Position numbers and translations under genes: made by a program. The notes beneath the pieces were generated by a model that saw only the letters and a program-made list of their open reading frames with translations, ran no database searches and was not told where the DNA came from. A stretch of 64,000 nucleotides of DNA from contig LSRY02000024.1 in NCBI GenBank assembly GCA_001643675.2, positions 1,178,001 to 1,242,000 of the forward strand, read 5' to 3'. Source of the DNA: Monocercomonoides exilis PA203. Lineage: Eukaryota; Protista; Preaxostyla. Positions 53,101-63,530 of the stretch are shown piece after piece. Position 1 is the stretch's first letter; each line of letters opens with the position of its first letter.

Positions 53101-54070
53101 CCAAATCTTCCGCAAACCATATAGAAGCGATGTGTTGTCCTGCCTCATCCCACAATCGCTTTCTTCTTCTTCTTCTTTCCATTTTTCGCTCATGTTTTCC
53201 CCCTTCATTCCATCTTTCTTGTTGCTTTCAGCCATCTTCCGTGGCTCATTCAGCGAAATAGACGTCCGCAGCCCCGTCGCCCACTCTAACAGCTCATATT
53301 CCCCTCAAGGTAAATCAGCCTACAGAATCGCCTTCTCTTCCTTCATCACCATCTTTTCGCTCACATCACGCAGCGGGACAATCCGCTCTATCCCGATCAT
53401 TTGCGTCAGCGAAACCAGTCTCTTCTCAATCCTCTTCTTCTCATTCTTCGCTCTCTCCTTTTCTTCCTCTTCAATCTTTTCATCTTCACTCCTTTCCTCT
53501 TCTCCTTCATCCCATCCCTTTGCCTTCCAGCTTTTCCACCACATGCCTCGACTGCAGCGATTGCAACACCAGCCGCGCTATCACCGACGGCAGCAGCGAC
53601 GGTTCAAATTGATCGCAGATCGATGTGAGCGCATTCACATCTGCCGCTGCAACGATCCGCTTTCTCCCCGACTTCGTGCTCACAAATGCTGCAAGCGATG
53701 GAGCCTGACCAACAAACGGAACAGATAGCACCACATAAAGCACAACATCGTCAGCACACGTAACACCTCCATTCAGCAATCCCCGCCGAGCCACAACATG
53801 TCCCTTGAAGCGTCTGTTGCTCCTTCAGTTACCAATTCTTTTAATTTGCATGCGCCCCAACTTCTTCTGACACAGCAATTAGCATCCGTCTATTGATATC
53901 GTCCATCGCTGCTACAGACGTGAATGACGACGAAACCGCCGACACATACGAAGAGTTAATTGCAGGCGAAGATGAAGACGATAATTACTTGTCATCTCCT
54001 TCCGCTTTCTTCTCTTCGCTGCTCTGCCTCCTGAATGGAGAAGAAGATCAACGTTCTGCTTCAGTTGAAC
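50170..54070 (-). pseudogene. Decayed gene for a large AbpF-like protein (family of Dictyostelium actin-binding protein F and uncharacterised giant bacterial proteins)
   Basis: GC-richer block with collinear minus-strand fragments broken by stops and frameshifts: RLSTEQEYIQRRQTAAERLGNELDAPSVLMH...NINFLG (52.5-52.9 kb); ENMKEYREN*YH...NHIFLDYARY...PFVSANVIECTDSFTSAAFAAALKD (51.05-51.3 kb); VEVLIQVPG...IVLEVYGTHTI*SAFYFPESGGFVHYPALVA (50.48-50.65 kb). Family call is from recalled motifs. Boundaries are approximate. Confidence 0.55.
51690..51917 (-). pseudogene. Ubiquitin-like domain (76 codons, ends LLGG) with two in-frame stops, inside the AbpF-like pseudogene
   Basis: MKGLIRTMEVKVI*VSVTKEMTVA*LKELVQKKEGILPDMQKIIFNDVQLSDMRTMSECFVRNNEELKLMPRLLGG aligns without gaps to ubiquitin, with 29/76 identities by hand count, including I44, R72 and G75-G76. 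Confidence 0.85.
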
Positions 54071-54779
54071 AAGACTAAGTCAAAAAAAAAAATAGAATGA
54101 CAAGAATAATGCTGTGCTGTTTTCCTGAAATAAAAATGTGTAAGAGATGTGAGATAATTTTATAAAAGTTGACCAAGAAGCTTCACTTTGATTTCTTCAA
54201 TTTTCGCATCAGAAAGTTTAAACAGTTGATGAAGTCATTCACTTCAAAATGATGAAACTTCGTTGTGTTTTCCTATTACTTTTTCTTTCTTTTTTTTTTG
54301 AAATATCATTGCAGATTGTATTATATCGAACTTTGAATAGTAAATATTCATAAAATTCCGATTTTATTGATTGCAAAATAAAAGGAGACATAACAGAATG
54401 TTTGTATTTGACTAAGTAAACATCAACTAAGTTTGCAAGTGTATATCAGATTTCTTCAGTTTTTTCGAGAAGTGTACAGGATAAACAATCAAATTGACTT
54501 CTCATGCATATGCCATTTCCTTTGTTTTTTTGGTCGTTCATATTTGTAATTAGTGACTTTTGTGAATATCTCTTTTCAATTGTTTATTTGTTATTTTAGT
54601 TTTTTTTTAAAATGCAACCAAAAGATCATAAATCAACATTGAAGCTTATTTTTTTGTGACTATTTTAATATTTTTAACATGTCCAAAAATACAATAAGTT
54701 TGAAAAGAACAATTAAAAAAAATCAGTAAACAAGAATAAACCAAATTCTTGCTCCAAAACTCTAATCACAAATTGAGAG

Positions 54780-56000
54780 CAATTCCAACTGTAAACACAA
54801 TGCTTTACAGAACCCTTTGAGGTTGAATAAATATTTTGAAGTTGGTGCAACCATTCTAGAATGATTATTTTGATACAGATCGACTGTTGATTGAAAGTTG
54901 AAAGGTAGCTGAATCTCAGAAATGAAAGATAGTCGAATGGAAGATGAAAGAGTAGCGTGATTGTGGAAGAGTTGTGAAATAATTATCTGCTGAAGCTCTG
55001 CAATTGAGCATTATTGGCTTAGGAAGAAACAAGTTTGTTTGAAGATGAGGTTGCAATATGATAGGAGATAAAAGTATTTTTTCGATAAATGTGAAAGATA
55101 AATGAATTTTGATGAAGGAAAATGTGAGTTGAATGAAATGGTTGATGAAGAATGCTGATAAGAAGAAGAAGAAGATGATGATGATGAAGGAGGAGAAGGA
55201 GAAGGAGAAAAAGAAGTGAATGAAGAATTTCGTGCACTCATGTTGCTTGGCGAAGAGTAATGATAAGGCAATGAGCCAATTGTTGACGATGATGATGAAT
55301 GAGAATAACTTGTATTTTCGCTTGTTTCATGCGAAAACTACCAAAAATTCGACAGTATTGAATCCAAAGTTTCATTAATAAAAGCATATGTTTTAAAATG
55401 GAAAAAGTCGATGCTTTTATCATATCGAGAAATTGATGGATTGTGATGTATCCAGATCTTCTCGATCATTCTCTTTGGCTTTGCTGTTCACCACTTTCAT
55501 TTGAACGAACTTTTTTATGCGTTGCTGTTTCATTTATCGGTTTAATCGCTTCTTTTTCTTCCTCTTTTTCTTTATTTTTTCTTTATTTTCTTCTATTATC
55601 ACATCTTCTTCAACTTTCCTTTAAAAGCATTTCTAAAACAGATAAATAGACAGTATCAAAACTTTTTCATATTACTCTTGTGAATACTCGACAAAACTTT
55701 CAATTCTTACATATTCTGAAATATGTTCAGCAACTTTGGTCGACTTTTCATCTCGGCATATAACTTCAATTCTTTTATTTCCTTTTTTTCTCTTCTTCCT
55801 CTTATCCCTCTCTGCTATAATCTCTTTCTCTTCCTTCCTCATTGTTCTTCCTCTGCTGCTTCAGCTGCACTCGTTGGAGTCATATAATGTCGTTCATCAA
55901 GTTCTGATATCTCTTGCTTTTTATCATCTGCATAACTGCTTCCAGGCACGTTGCTTCCTCAAATATACATTCTTATCTGTTTAGTGATCTCTCATTCAGC
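54780..56000 (-). pseudogene. Decayed host-type gene fragment(s), unassigned
   Basis: Poly-Ser and Glu/Lys-like coding texture on the minus strand with many stops. No domain recognised. Confidence 0.3.
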
Positions 56001-56774
56001 ATTGATCTCACAGAGCGGACAACTTGAAATATGAATTAATTTGTGCTGTGTGGTTTTTCGAATATTCTCTCTAAAGCCTAAGGAAATTTTTAACTTGGAG
56101 GATGTCTGGTTGCAGATGCCGTATAAAGAAGCACTTATTCAAAGGAGCGAAAATTATAAAGGAGCAGACAAATGAATTTGAATGCACCGGAAAACTGTGG
56201 ATTGATGAGAAAACATTGGATGTATTTTCTGCAATTGATTGAGCAAATATATTCATGTGATTTATTTGTCGAACATCGTTTAATAAAAACACATCTTTTT
56301 AAAGCGCTAATTTTTTTTTCTTTAATTGTTGCTTTTTTAATTGGAATCTCTGCAATTCACTTTTACCGAATTGAAATGACACAAAAGTGAATAAAAAGGA
56401 GAAATTGTCAAAATTTGAATTGCCTTAAATAAAAATCGTTTAAAGCAACCAAACCTGGTTTCATTCAAAAGTTGTGTTTGTGCAAGCTCCGTTCTGCAGA
56501 AACATATTTTTTTCCCTTTCGTTCAAAGAATATTTGTCAGGATAAACTAATAATTAAGAAAATTCTCTGTGAAAACGTTAAATAAAACCTAATACTTGAA
56601 ATCTGAAAAGTGTTTAATATCAATCAATTCAAAAAATACATGTGCTCTTTATTCATTTTCCACGCATTGATGTTAGTTTTTAAAAGTTAAAATTATCAAC
56701 AATAAATGATTTCGCAGATCATCCCATTTGTGGAACTTTGTCATCACAAAGAATAAACTATTTTTTATTGAGTC

Positions 56775-59700
56775 ATGGAACGAATCAAGTTTTCTCTTTT
56801 ATCAAACTCGAGGAAAAGCGAAAAATGCAGAGATGTTTGGGAGTATCTATCAAACAAATCTGCAAATGATTGTGTGGAAATGCTGAAGTACATGTTCTTC
56901 CATACAAATACGGGTAAAAAAATATTTCCCCAGATTCAAAAAATATTTAACGGTTTGTTTTTGTTTTTCGTCTTTGTATTTATATTTATCAAACTCTTTG
57001 AAACTTTTGACTACTGAAGATCGAAATCAATATGTAATATTGCGATTAGCGTCTGCATATAATCGAGAAGAAAATCCACACACAAAAGTGACGCTTTTAA
57101 AATGTGTTTGCCAGGAATATGCCCTCTCGCAATTGATCGATTTGGGTTTTGAATGTTCTCATGGAAGCTATTATCACGCAAAGGATAATAGCTCGTACAC
57201 ATCGTTTGATTTTCGAACTCCAAAAAAAGCTGCTCTTCCCCCATCAAAACGAAGTTTGATCTAATTCTTTATTGAAAAAAATGTGAAACTGTTCATCTAT
57301 AATTTGTTCTTTATCATATATTAACATTTTAATAGAGATGAGCCCAGAAGATGAAAAAGTTTTCACTGATTTCATAAATGAAAATTCAACCGAATCATCG
57401 AAATGCATTTGTAAGTTGTCACAACAGAATAACAGTTTGTCTTCTTATTGGGTTCTTTAATTAAAAGTGTTGAAGAATTATCACTTTCAGAATCTTCAAT
57501 GGAAATAGATGATGATTTCAAAATCATAAACTGCAGCGAAGAAATGGAAGAAGATGAAGATCCTCTTTATCATTATTTCACTGAGAACAACACAAGAAGC
57601 GAATATTTGCAGACAGCAGAAGAATCAAACAATTCAAAAAACAATGAATTCATTCACATGGAGATAGATGATGAAATTTCACTTTTGGACGTTCAATGTG
57701 AAATGGATGAAGAAAGCTGTTTCGAACCGGAAATAAATTTGGATTTATCAGAATTAACATCGCAAAGCAATAATGGAGAAAATATGGAGATTGAAAAAAA
57801 TGAAGAACTGCATTATTCCAACGAAACCAATGAAAATTCAATAAAGAATAGTCAAGACTCGATTTCTTCTTGCAGCTCAATCATCGAATGCTGTTCAAAG
57901 AATAATCAGCACTCTGCACAAACTGGAACACAGAGAGAAAACAAGAATTATTATCCGTTACCAAACATGGGAAACACTTGTTATCTCGCTGCAATGCTAC
58001 AAGTGTTCCGTTCTATTTATTTGCACTCAGAACGATTTTGTACACGAAAAGGGAAGATTTCACACTATTTGCATCGTTTGCTGAACATTGTCCAATCTTT
58101 GGATTGTTCAGTTAACATTAACAATAATAATGTCCCACAATCTTGGTCCTTGCCTTTTGTGAGATGTTGGGAAAAAAGGCATGGACTGAAAACGTGTGAA
58201 CAACAAGAATGTTATGAAACATTTTTTAATATGTACCAGGATCTAATTTCAATAACACCAGCATTAGCAAACCAAATGAGAACGAACCAATCATTTCCAA
58301 GAAAATGTTGTGAATGTGGATCATATGAGTATGGAATTTGTGAATCTACTCCATTAATTCGACTTCACGGTTCAGATGTCATTTCGGAATTTAATAAATC
58401 ATTCTCATCAGGTCAAACAAATACAAACAACAGAGAGGCCTTTTGTCTCAGATGTCAGAAAAATACAGATCAATATTCAATAATGAATATCCTTCAATTC
58501 CCTCATATTTTAACAATCACTCTTGAATCTGATAAATTTGATCAAAAGAAAATATACAACATTCCATTACAAATTTCATTTTTAAAGAATGAAGAAACAA
58601 TTAAGGCTTTTCCTTTCCATTCAGAAAATATGTACAATTATCGGTTGATAGCAGTCCTGTTTCATCGAGGATCGAAAGATTGTGGACATTTTTATGCAAT
58701 GTGTAGAAGCAGATGCCCATCGCCAAAATGTACATCATGCAAAGATTGTTGGTATATTTGTAACGACGGAGAAATATCCTTCATTAATAATGAAATTACA
58801 ACAGAAACAAACTCTCACATAAACAAAGGTTCAATTCCGTTTCTGATTGTTTACTCTCAGGAGAATAGTGGATGCATTCCTGTTTCCGATATTGCTTCAC
58901 CAAATTTGTTTCAATTGGGACTATCACATCAAGGAAGTTCTTTTTCGAATAATATTTCATCAATGAATCAGAGGAAAACAAATGTTCGTTCGGTTTGCAT
59001 TAATTGTAATGGTTTATTACAAGATCCTTCTTATTCACTTCATCCTAATACGACAAATCCACATCATTCCACTTCACCTTCAATAATATATGATGATGAA
59101 ATTTCTTATGTCCATTCTTCGTCAGAAAATCACCACAAAAAATCGACCTTATTTGGTTTATCAAATCGACATTCCGAATGTTCCATCACATCTGAAATAG
59201 ACACTTCATTTCTTCCTTTTTCTGACGAATTTTCTTCTAATTGCAATTATCAAACGAACTCAAAAGACTGTGAAACTAATAATACAACAATTAATAATCA
59301 TCTCACTCATAATTCAACCGCATCTACTAAACCAAATGGAAAACAATCTCTCTTTCCAGAAATGATTTCATCCAGCCAATTGAGTGAAACAAAAAACAGA
59401 TCAACAAATCCTAATCGATACTTTTCAACCCTTCACAATTATCGACATAAAGATTCACAAAATGCAAACGTCAATAATCCATTCTTTCATGGTTCTCCAA
59501 ACAATTCTTATTCACATATCAAAAAACAAAAAGTTCGTATCATCAATTCAACAAAAGCGCAGCTATTCAGAAAGTTAATGGAAACCACGAATATTAAAAT
59601 GTCAAAAAGTTCTTTCTACAAAAAGACGAAACACCTTAAAAGGGCTTCCAGGCGAACTGACTTGTGCAACTTATGTGAAATGTTCAATCATCTGAAGAAA

Positions 59701-60747
59701 AAAGAAGAATATCTTAAAACAAAATCACAAACATTGAATGATCAAGAGCAACAAACAATAAGACTTATTGAAAAACACCGTTTTCTGGCGTCAAATCAAC
59801 GTCAGCACTTCCATCAAATCAAAAAGAACATTTCATTTTCGGAAGCGTTGGTTTTGTTCGACTTTAAAGAGAATTGGACGCTTCCTATTTGCAAAAATCA
59901 AATAAGCCGAGATTATTACGAAAAAGAGGAAATCACACATTTTTGTGTAATTGTTTACATTGTTAACAAGAAAGGAGACAAAGAAAAGCACATTTTTAAC
60001 TTCTTCTCAAACGCTCTATCTCACGACTACCGTTTCACCATTGAATGTCTGAAGCAAGTTTTGGAAGATGAAATCGTTAAAGACAAGCAAACTCTTCATT
60101 TTGTATGTGATACAGGGCCACACTTTCGGAATTCCCAGCTTATGCATTTTCTCCTTTCTGACAACTCTTCTCCCGTCAAAGGCAAACGAACAACTCTTTC
60201 CTTTTTTTGTGAAAAACATGGAAAAAGTGAATGTGACGGAGAATTCGGGAATCTGACAAACTGTGTAAAAAATAACTTGTCCAATGGACCTTCTCTTAAT
60301 AATATTGATGAACTTATTAAATTTCTAAAAGACCATACAGATGACTTATATGATTCCCACCAAAACAACTTGGATAATTATCAAAAGACAACACGATATT
60401 TTGTCAAGTGTGAATCATTTATGAAAATTTTTTTTTCATTTTCTTCATTTTTTTATTAACTCAGACACTCTTCTGGAAATAAAATACGATGGAGGAAAAT
60501 TGAAGCGAAGTCCATAAAGACGTATTTGTTCTATGAGAAACGAGGTAATCAAATATTCAGATCTGTGTGTTCACCACAAGATTCCCGAGGAAAAGAGTTA
60601 ATGAACTTCCTTGAAAAAAGCATAAGAGATGAAAGGATGATAAAATCCTCTAAAAAATATTCTCGCAAAACAGAAATGTTTGAAATAGGGAATGCTACAA
60701 GAAAACTATTAAATGATAGGAAAAAATTGGATACAATTTGTTTTTAA
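56775..60747 (+). CDS. Sola-like DDD transposase with an internal USP (peptidase C19) deubiquitinase domain; exons 56775-56952, 57020-57253, 57336-57434, 57491-60407, 60465-60747 (3,711 nt, about 1,236 aa)
   Basis: Four short introns (67, 82, 56, 57 nt; donors GTTTGT, GTTTGA, GTTTGT, GTGTGA) join four ORF-track ORFs plus one small exon into a stop-free frame. USP motifs: PNMGNTCY, QQECYE, HRGSKDCGHFY, WYICND. Transposase motifs: SKSSFYK...TDLCNLCE...H, DFKEN, CDTGPHFRN, FFCEKHGKSECDGEFG. The start codon is the least certain part. Confidence 0.85.
57952..58860 (+). other. USP/UCH (peptidase C19) catalytic domain
   Basis: Cys box with Cys at 57979. Fingers-subdomain Zn ligands CCECG and CLRCQ. 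FPHILTITL. His box with His at 58687. Asn-Asp at 58762-58767. Terminal FLIVY. Confidence 0.92.
59530..60407 (+). other. Sola-type transposase zinc-binding and RNase H-like DDD core
   Basis: CxxC...H, then Asp at 59860 (DFKEN), 60109 (CDTG) and 60235 (HGKSECD). The Asp residues are 83 and 42 codons apart. DFxEN and HGKxxCDG resemble Sola2-type motifs. Confidence 0.8.
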
Positions 60748-60783
60748 AGTTCTGGTCTTATTGATGAGTTATTTTGTTTTTTT

Positions 60784-61032
60784 AGAATTTTATATTGAAA
60801 CGAACGACGTTTTTTGATTTGTCTGCTGCTCAAGCCATTAAGTATTTGCTTCAAACAAATGCTTTCTGGTACCTCAATTTTCGCTCTTGAGCGAAATAAA
60901 TGGGGCTAGGCTGATTCCGTCCTGGGACTGTGCTGTGACCGGTCCAGCACAGTCCCTTGAAGGCTTTGGGTCCAGAATCAGCCTCCCAGGGTAGACAATC
61001 ATTTAATAAATTCGTTTCAATATTGAAATTCT
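60784..61032 (+). ncRNA. Unidentified multi-stem foldback element (candidate structured RNA or cis-element) just 3' of the transposase stop
   Basis: Nested complementary pairs: 60792-60804/61011-61023 (13 bp perfect); 60820-60826/60991-60997; 60842-60848/60856-60862; 60879-60886/60889-60896; 60908-60917/60975-60984 (10 bp perfect); 60924-60935/60945-60956 (12 bp perfect). The core is GC-rich and is followed by a T8 run. The pairing is seen directly; RNA function is inferred. Confidence 0.55.
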
Positions 61033-62279
61033 TTTTTTTCATTAGTTTTATTTTTTTCTGTTTTTCAAATGTCGGCATTTGATGTTTTATTTTAATGTAT
61101 CACATTGCTTTCTATTAAAATTATTCATTTTTCAATTAACTTTTATTCAGTGAAAAGATCAAGAAATGTATTATGTTAATATTGAATTATAATTCACAAG
61201 TTTTCTACACATTTTCAGAGCAGATTGGATTAGTAATTTAAAGTGCGTAGAAAAAAAAACCAGAACTCTCGTTGATTTAGCTTTGAATTAACGATAATAT
61301 TTGTATAAACTGAAATAGAGAAGCAAATCATAGAATGATTTATCTATAGACATTGATCAAAAAGCTAATTCATAAAGTTTGTTTTCATTGCAACAATGAA
61401 ATATTCTGTTTAAAAAATCAATAGTGAATGATTTATAAATGCAACTGTTGCTTTTCAACAATTTGCTGTAACGCTTTCTTTTCAGAAATTTGAAATGCCT
61501 GCGAAGCGTTTTTGAAGCACGGAAAAACGCTAACAAAGATTCATAAATATTGCCTGAATAATGAATTACATTTCAATATAGACCAAAATATTTTTTGGAA
61601 TTCACTTTTTGTTGCAATGAAGATTTTGAATGCAGAGATAAATAGTTTATTAATAAGGAATTAAGTGAAAATGAACGAAGAAAGGAACGGAGAAAAAAGA
61701 ATCCGAAAAAAAGAACAAAATTCAGAGATCAAAGGAAAGTCCAAAGATGAGCATCCAATTGAAAACATGGCTTTTGAATGTTATGTTCAAATCACAGAAA
61801 AATCTGCGGGAATCTTATAACGGAGTTTGTTGTTTGCATCATATTGCTTTGATTTATTGCGAAGCTGATTAAGCTTTATTCATCCTTCTTTCGTTTTTTT
61901 ATTTGAGCGCATTTACACAAATATTCATAAAAAGATTTTTCTTTCTTTGTATATATGTGATCTGAAAATTTTTTTTTTTGATGATAAGAAGATATGTTAT
62001 TTATATATTAATATTTTCAAGGAAAGTTACTTTGTTCCCGTTTAGCTAATGATAGTGTTCAACTTCTTTGTGAAGATCACCAATAACAACTTAAATAATG
62101 AAATTTTATGTCTTCTACTTCTCCATCTGATCTAACTTTTGTTGTATTCTCAAATAATCTGGTTTCTTCTTCTCCTCCTCCTTCTCCTTCCTCCTCTCCT
62201 CCTCCTCCTCTCCTCCTCCTTTTATTTTCCTCCTTTTATTTATTCCAAAGAAGAAAATAATCTTATGTTACAGCATCAG

Positions 62280-63530
62280 CGATACGATAACGGTGCAGGC
62301 GTCAATCCTTTTTCGTCAAGATTTTCAAATTTTCTCTGTCAGATTGTTTGGAAAGACATTCACAGAGAAAAACAACGTGAGATGAGTGCAATACGCGTTG
62401 AGAAATTGCTCAGGAGAAATAATGAATGAGAAAGGAAGAAAAAGAGAAAAGAAGAAGAACTCAGAAATCGCTACAACACCACGAGGCAGCGAATGAGATG
62501 ATGGCACTGCAATCGGTACAAAGCGAATGGAAAGATGGCAGAAGGAGAGAAGACGACAAGGCAATCGAAGTGGCTTCGTGGAAGCAAACATAACAAGAAG
62601 TGGAAAAAAAGAAACTTGTTTTCTAACTGTGGCTGTAGGGGGATGATGGAGAGGAGAAGCTGAAGACCGAAAAGCATCAGATGCATGAGAAGAAGGAGAT
62701 TGATACGAACCTGAAGCATTATATGTACAAACCTATGTTAATGCACAATATTTTTACGCTGACCAAGGCGAAACTTACGTTGCATTTGACTCACTTGTTG
62801 TCAATGTTGTCGCTAACGATGATATTCTGGAAGGAATAGCGTTGTGAGAAGCATATGAAAAAGCTGGCATGGAACAACAAAGAAAAGAGAAGAATGATGA
62901 TTGAGGAGCACAAACGAGAGATTATGCAGAGAGAGGAGAAGGAGAAAGCAAAGAACGCAGAAAAGCCAAACACTTCAAAAATTATTATCACAGCTCATCC
63001 TTTTGCAGATGTGTCTCAGAAGTCACAAACGGTGAAAGCAGCCCACAAGACATATAAATGAACCCTGTTTCTTATCCAACCTCGCTTCCATCCACTTTTT
63101 CAATTTGCAATGTCATACATGAGCAGCCAAGGCAACCTCTTTCCTTCCAAGTGAAAAAAACCAGTTTGGTCAACAAAATTCAACTTGTCAACTTTCAAGA
63201 GATAATCTCCCACGTGGACGAGCTTGTGTCCGTTATGAAGCAGTACCTGATTCTATTCTACAAAATTTGTGGAACAGGAGATGGTGAAGTGGACTGGAGA
63301 GTTATTAAAAGTGACAAGGAAGTTGAAGAGGTTCAGGAAAGAGCAGACAGAACAGGAAAAGGAAAAACTTCATGCGGAGCTGAGGAAGCTGAATGAAGGA
63401 GAAAAGACAGGCGAAAAGATGACTGCGAAGTTGAATTAGAAATCGGAGTTAAGGAGACGCATAGAAGAGAAAAAGAGGATTTTGAAGAAGGAGAACGAGT
63501 AGAGCAAAGGGTTTGTTCAGAACGATAAGC
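62280..63530 (+). pseudogene. Decayed host-type gene fragment(s), unassigned
   Basis: Purine-rich, Glu/Lys coding-like texture in several short ORFs (62139, 62855, 63058) broken by stops and frameshifts. Confidence 0.35.

Larger units (their letters stand above)
56775..61032 (+). mobile_element. Putative Sola-superfamily DNA transposon or domesticated derivative; ends not defined
   Basis: Intact transposase triad and Asn/His-rich composition unlike the poly-Ser host genes. Flanked by decayed sequence. No convincing TIR/TSD found by eye, so the coordinates are a minimum. Confidence 0.55.

Noticed and set aside
52220-53728. 502-aa plus-strand ORF
   Set aside because: Antisense shadow of the minus-strand pseudogene, with a non-ATG start and S/F/I/L-rich composition. 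The recognisable motifs are on the minus strand.
57448-60459. Treating the 1003-aa ORF as the complete gene
   Set aside because: It starts at TTG inside a predicted intron and ends in an intron-like T-rich tail. Splicing extends it at both ends.
60784-61032. Identification of the foldback as SRP RNA, RNase P/MRP, SECIS, HDV or hammerhead ribozyme, or a CRISPR repeat
   Set aside because: The required conserved motifs (SRP helix 8, GGAA/GAAAG P4 strand, AUGA quartet, CUGANGA/GAAA, repeat-spacer periodicity) are not found in the right arrangement.
56346-61640. Candidate TIRs for the Sola-like element (ATCTCTGCA at 56346 against TGCAGAGAT at 61631, plus nearby partial matches)
   Set aside because: Short, gapped and AT-rich, with no TSD; compatible with chance.
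55740-62960. Similarity between minus-strand 55.8 kb and plus-strand 62.9 kb (GAGATTAT..GCAGAGAG), suggesting a large inverted duplication around the transposase
   Set aside because: Only a short purine-rich match; neighbouring spacing is not collinear.
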